A stretch of 64,000 nt of DNA, taken from the NCBI RefSeq assembly GCF_009914755.1, contig NC_060929.1, one strand, 5' to 3'. Each line of letters begins with the position of its first letter. Positions within the stretch are counted from its first letter, which is position 1. The position numbers were made by a program, and so were the translations under genes. The notes under the pieces were generated by a model, which made no database searches, had not been told where the DNA came from, and saw only the letters and a program-made list of their open reading frames with translations. This DNA is from the human T2T-CHM13v2.0 reference genome, Homo sapiens. Shown here piece after piece: positions 58,384 through 64,000 of the stretch.

Positions 58384-60091
58384 AAAACATCAGTTCCATT
58401 GTTGGGCTGCTCTAGGAGTATGAACAATCAACACTACTTAGAATGCTTTGATGGAAGCAGATTCTATCAGCTTTGCTGTATTAAAAATCAAATACTCTTA
58501 GGACAGTGGAAATACTCACTGACCAGGCAGTTTGGTTCAACAGTGGTTGAACATTAGATTCTTCAAGGTTGAGTTGGTAGCCTCAAGAATTTCAGACAGG
58601 CTGCATTTTATGAATTAAATCAACTTTTGAAGTTCCTCTCAACCACTATGTGTATGGGATTCTAAACTGGCTCTACCTAGTACTTGGATTATTGGGAAAT
58701 GGGAAGGGATTATTAGGGGCATGCAGTGAGTTTACTGATATTCACTCATTCATTCATTATTTATTCTTTGTGCACCTACAGCCTGCCAGGAACTTTTCTA
58801 AGCACTTAGCAGTGAACAAAACTCTCATGGAACTTCCACTCTAGAACCAATTTCTTCAGGAAACTGGGTCAGGAGGAGAGATTCTAGTGTGGGATTTTCT
58901 GGGTGTGAGTGTGCATCCAGTGATAATCCCACAGACGTTGTAGAAGCTGTGCAGAGGAAGATGCCTGCTCTTGTCTTGAATTGCAAATTTTGGCCAGAAA
59001 TGTGTGGCATTCACATGCCCTTGGCCTTTCCAGAGGGAAGTTGCCATGTAAGAAACTGAGTTGCCCTCGACTGTTGATCCCACCCTGAGGTTAAAAAGCC
59101 ATTTTTTTTCCCTTCCTTCATCTGGCACTTTTGGGACCTGTCTTGTCTTTGTGATGGCAAAAGCAGAGAGTGTCAACCAGGCCACGGCCCAAGTTGTTTG
59201 GGAAATAATTTTCTTGGAAAAGCTTGAACCACAAGAGTTTATATAAAGGGCCCTTTATACCTCACCACACTGAGTTTCGTTTGGAGGAAACTTGTAGACT
59301 ACAGATAAATAATTTCATTCTTTATATTTATTATCTTTGCCGTATTCTATTTTAGTGAACATGGAAAAGAAATCTTTAGCTTGAATGAAGAGCCAATTAA
59401 GTTTTTTTTTCCTTCTCAATTTTATTGCTGTTCTTTAAAAAAATTCTTTTCTCAGTTGCATTTTAGACCCTTTCTGGCTTGTCTAGTCTATTCTTTGGAA
59501 GAGGTAGGTACCCACCAAGGCTGATTTCCTACAAAAGGGAAAACTTCTCTCTTCATATTCCTTTCCCAGGCACAGCAGGTTTTCTTTGGCTGGGTTTCTT
59601 CTGTCTCTTTCTCCTTGAATGGCTGCTTGTCCTGGAGAGACAGGCACACTTATTGTTCTTGGAGGAGGAAAGGATTGGGTTACAGCTTTTCTCTCTGAAG
59701 AGACTGCCATTCTGTCTCCAAGACTCTGAAGGTCTGTTCAAGCCCAAGGGCAGCTTCAGTTCTCAAGGTTTCCATGAAGCTTCCCTTACCAGGGGCCCCT
59801 GTTCTCTCTGTGGGTGGCTGGGGAGAAGCAGCACTAGACTAGGAATGAAAGCCCCGAATTCATCCTGGCTCCTCCATGTTGTTGGTACCATCAAATAGGC
59901 CACTTAACTCTTCAAGTCTAGGTTTTTCATCTGTTACAAGGAAAGCAGTATCACCTCCTCAGAGCATTACTGTGAAGACCAACTACAACAACGGATGTGA
60001 AGGGCATATAAATTGCACACACTGTATAACTGTTGGGCCCCATCTCACTTTACTTTGACCCAGAATTCAGATAATCCATGTCTCCACTTCT

Positions 60092-61185
60092 TTAATTTTT
60101 TTTTTTAATTTTAATTATTATGGATACATAACAGCTGTGTATATTTATGGGTACATGTGAAATTTTGATACAAGCATACAATGTTTAATTATCAAGTCAG
60201 GATAATTGGAGTACTCATTGCCTCAAATATTTATCATTTCTTTGTGTTAGAAACATTCCAATTCTACTTTTTTAGTTATTTTGAAATATACTCTCTCTCT
60301 CTCTATATATATATATATATTTTTTTTTTTTGAGATGGACTTTCGCTCTTGTTGCCCAGGCTGGAGTGCAATGGCGTGATCTCAACTTAGCACAACCTCC
60401 ACCTCCCAGGTTCAAGCGATTCTCCTACCTCAGCCTACTGAGTAGCTGGGATTACAGGCATGCGCCTCAATGCCCGGCTGATTTTGTATTTTTAGTAGAG
60501 ACGGGGTTTCTCCATGTTGGTCATGCTGGTCTTGAACTCCTGACCTCAGGTGATCCACTGGCCTTAGCCTCCCAAAGTGCTGGGATTACAGGTGTGATCC
60601 ACCATGCCCAGCTGAAATATACAATATCTTATTGTTAGCTATAGTCATCCTATTGTGCTACTGGACACTAGATCTTGTTCCTTCTATTTAATTGTATTTT
60701 TGTACCCGTTAACTAACCTCTCTTTCCACCCACTCTGTACTATCCTTTGCAGCCTCTCGTAACCATTGTTTTACTCTCTCTATTCCCATTCAGTCCTTTT
60801 TTAGCTCCCACATATGAGTGAGAACGTGCAATATTTGTCTTTTTTCGCCTGGCTTATTTCATAAGATAATGACCTTCAGTTCCATTTACATTGTTGCAAA
60901 TGACATGAATTCATTCTTGTTGTGACTGAATAATACTCCATTGTGTATATATACCACATTTAAAAAATCCATTCATCTGTTGATGGAGACGTAGGTTGAT
61001 TCCATATCTTGGCCATTGTGGATAGTGCTGCAATAAACATAGAGGAGCAGATATCTCTTCCATATACTGCTTTATTTTCTTTCATATATAAACCTAGCAG
61101 TGGGATTGCTGAATCCTTTGGTAGTTCTATTTTTAGTCTTTTTGAGGAACCTCCATACTGTTCTCCATAGTGACTGTACTCATTA
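60092..61185 (-). mobile_element. L1MA-class 3' end with nested Alu
   Basis: atatttatgggtacatgtgaaattttgatacaagcatacaatg. Minus ORF 60960-61307 includes LKIELPKDSAIPLLGLY...MFIAALSTMAKIWNQP (ORF2 C-terminus). Confidence 0.9.
60292..60612 (-). mobile_element. AluS (Sp/Sq-like) whose tail has become (CT)n(AT)nTn
   Basis: Full dimer. TSD tgaaatatac at 60282 and 60613. Confidence 0.93.
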
Positions 61186-62519
61186 TGACATGGTGGTGCT
61201 GGCAACCCATTGGCTGTGATTTGGGTCTGTTGGTGGGTGCAGAAAGTTGGGAATGCATACTTCAACTCGGTAGGGATTGAGTCCAGGAAGGGTTCTGTGC
61301 AGTTCAATGATATAGTGAGAGCTGAGTTTAAGAAGCTTAATAAAAAGTGAATAGAGGATATATTGGATAGGAGAAATGAAATGTGGGGATTCCAAATGGA
61401 AAGCTACTTTAGGAGAGTAGGTGAGAGATGAAGAGGCCTTGGACTTGGGTGATAGCAGTGGGATGGCCCAGGAGGAGGAGCGTTTGAAGCATCATTTTTC
61501 CTAGGGCTGGGCATGAATCTGAGGGGAAGGGATCTATATTTTATTTAGTCTGTGAACATTATGGGGGTGGGAAAATGGTTAGAGCACCCAGCACCATTGG
61601 AGATTTGAGGGAGCCCAGCTAAGACAAATCTCTTCTGGAGAAGTTCTGGTAAAGGGCTGGATGGTTTTGAGGCAGTCAGAAGAGATTAGCCCGAGGAATG
61701 AGGAGAATTGGAGAAAGGAAAGAATGATCTACATATTTAACGTAAGCCAAGAAGCCAGACAATACTCCTTGATAGGTCTTCCCATACAGGGTTCTGTCAC
61801 ACCAAATTAGAACATTTCACAATCTGTAGGAGCTTTCCTGTGGAATGCAAAGACTTCAGACCATGGATTCAAAATAATCAAAATCTCTAGAAGCACTCAT
61901 TCCTATTGTGATAAGCTGTTATTTATTTTTCACAGAAAACCAGATTTAAAAAATGTGTTCTCCTGAATTTTTGCTTTATTTTCTTTGGATTCCATGTAGG
62001 GTACAATGGATGACCTGACAATTGCTAACCCTCATTCCTGGTCAAAATAAGCAAAACTTTGAATTAGGGTTGGCAGTTCTCCAAGATATGTTACCCAAAG
62101 ACCTCTCATTCTGTGATCTGAACTCCATTATCTTTTCCCTGTGACTAGCTAAACACTCTTTTTGTTGTTTTTCAGAGGAGGCAAGTCTGATTTACAAGGT
62201 CTTTAATGTGTGCAAAAGGTAACATGCATTGCTGATATCCATTCTTGAGCGTGAGAAATGCCTCTATGTTTATTCACTTCACTAGCTCTGCCAGAGAAAA
62301 CCAGCACTGGGGCATAAGCTGAGAACACAGAGCTTGGAAGCATCTAATTTGGACACAGATGCTTTTGATGTAATGGGTTACCTATGAAACCTACTGCTCT
62401 TTTGTTAGTATTCACTGGTGGAGAAAGACAGGAAATGATATACTTCTATCAAAGGAGTCAGGCTGCAGCATGCTGCTGGCTGCTGTCTTGGGCACGGGAC
62501 AGCCATAATAACCTTGCAT

Positions 62520-62579
62520 TTGGCAGTTTCCTGTCAAGTTAAATTGTAGTTGGCAGTTTCCTGTCAAATTAAATTGTAG
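62520..62579. repeat. 30-bp tandem duplication
   Basis: ttggcagtttcctgtcaa(g/a)ttaaattgtag x2, one mismatch. Confidence 0.92.
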
Positions 62580-64000
62580 AGCCTCGAGATGTGCCAACTG
62601 CAATAATTGGTGTGCTGTGCTTGTGAGTATTGTCCATTTAGAAGTTGAGTTCACTGTGTCAGTTGTCCCTTTTTGCGGAGATGGAGTCATTTATGGTTAG
62701 ATGGAATGGCTAGAGTTGATTGGAGGAGTCTCTCCTGACCTGGCCAGTGCTGGCCTGGCGCTCACAGATTTCACTGCTGAGAATGTTGGAGGCAGCTGAT
62801 GGGGATAAAATGCACAGACAGGACCAGTCTTTAAGTGATTCTTCCTATTGAAGAAGTATTGGCCCTCCAATTTTTTCTTTTTTTGCTGGGGTCTGCTGTC
62901 TTTCCACGCCTATCATTCATGAGGGATCCAGAAATGGGAAGAAAAGTGATTTTAGGGGTAAATCACGAGCAGTGGTCAAAGCCCAGAAAAAGGAACAACT
63001 ATTTTGGTTATAATTCATAGCTCTAGGTTTCCTCTAAGCATTTTACAGCCTCTGTTCTGGTTAGGGGCTACCAAGGGTTTCCAAATAAGACCATCTTCAA
63101 ATTTTGATCTATTTCCTTCTAAGTGGCAATGTCTCTTGGTCCCTAGAATTTCTCACAAGGTCAAGAAGGAAAGAGAAAGAAAGAGAACAATATTTGTTCT
63201 AGCAGAGAGCATACTATTTAGCAAAAATTCTTCCAGAAACATTAGTTTGTTATCTCCTTTAATTCCAAGCATGCCCCTACCAAGTGTAGGTATCACAATA
63301 TAAATCTAAAGATGATACAACAGAGGCTTGGAGAAGTTGACTCACTTGTCCATGTTCATAACAGTTTTAAGAAGTGGAGACCAGATTGAACCAGGTTCAG
63401 CGTTTCTTCGGGTCACTCACTGTGCTGCCCCTGTTCCTTTGCTTTATGGGCCAGCAGGCAGACACTCCAGCTGCTAGGGTCTTTTACCTTCAGACCATGC
63501 AGCTTTGGGTGAGCCTTCTCACCTCTCTGTGCCTGGTTTCTCAATTTGATTAGGAGAAAATAATTCTGATCCACTTTGTGAAGATCTGCCAGGGCTAGAA
63601 ATTGGGAAGAATAAAAGCTTTTGAAAAGTATTAAAGTTTACTATAAGTCCACCAACATTAGACAGTATTGATTGAGTGCTTTTCTTTTCATTGCCCTGGC
63701 CCAAGTGCTGTGCAAACCAAGTGAAACAGGGCTGGTTTCAGCCCTCTAGGCACATGTGGTAGACACTTAAGCTAGATTCACTTTAGTGAATAAATAAATA
63801 GAAAAAAGAAACACATCAGTGATTGTACAAATATAAACTGATATAGAGCATAAACAAACTGGTTAGGAACAAAATGTTCTTGCAGTGAGAGGACTAAAAT
63901 TATCCTGCAAAATACAGAAAGAGAAAGGAGCTGCTTTGGTAAGAGTCAGTCTCCATGGGCAAAGGCACCCATTCTCTCCTGGTAGGTGATAAATTTTCTG

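Noticed and set aside
56278-62579. 29-30 bp repeats as a CRISPR-like array
   Set aside because: Only two copies each, no regular spacers, primate genomic context, no cas genes.

Overview
This is primate (human-like) nuclear DNA, intronic or intergenic. It is mostly interspersed repeats: L1, Alu/FLAM, MaLR/ERVL LTRs, MER DNA transposons, MIR and L2. I find no intact protein-coding gene. The main feature is a processed SALL4 pseudogene (33101-36700, + strand). It is 5'-complete, derives from the SALL4A isoform with a long 3'UTR, is flanked by a 16/17-bp target-site duplication (TSD), and is disabled by stops, frameshifts and several internal deletions, one about 1.1 kb. Worth a second look: its retained CpG-rich 5' end; a MIR-derived NF-Y + CRE promoter-like module with splice-able mini-exons about 5 kb upstream on the same strand; a target site present three times through L1 then Alu reuse; and a 56.3-57.9 kb block with an exact 29-bp dispersed repeat and a 114-bp inverted duplication. 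I cannot demonstrate a novel system from sequence alone. The best candidate is a possibly transcribed, regulatory SALL4 retrocopy. Repeat subfamily calls and parent-gene comparisons come from recalled consensus sequences and need RepeatMasker/BLAST confirmation. Old-repeat boundaries are approximate.
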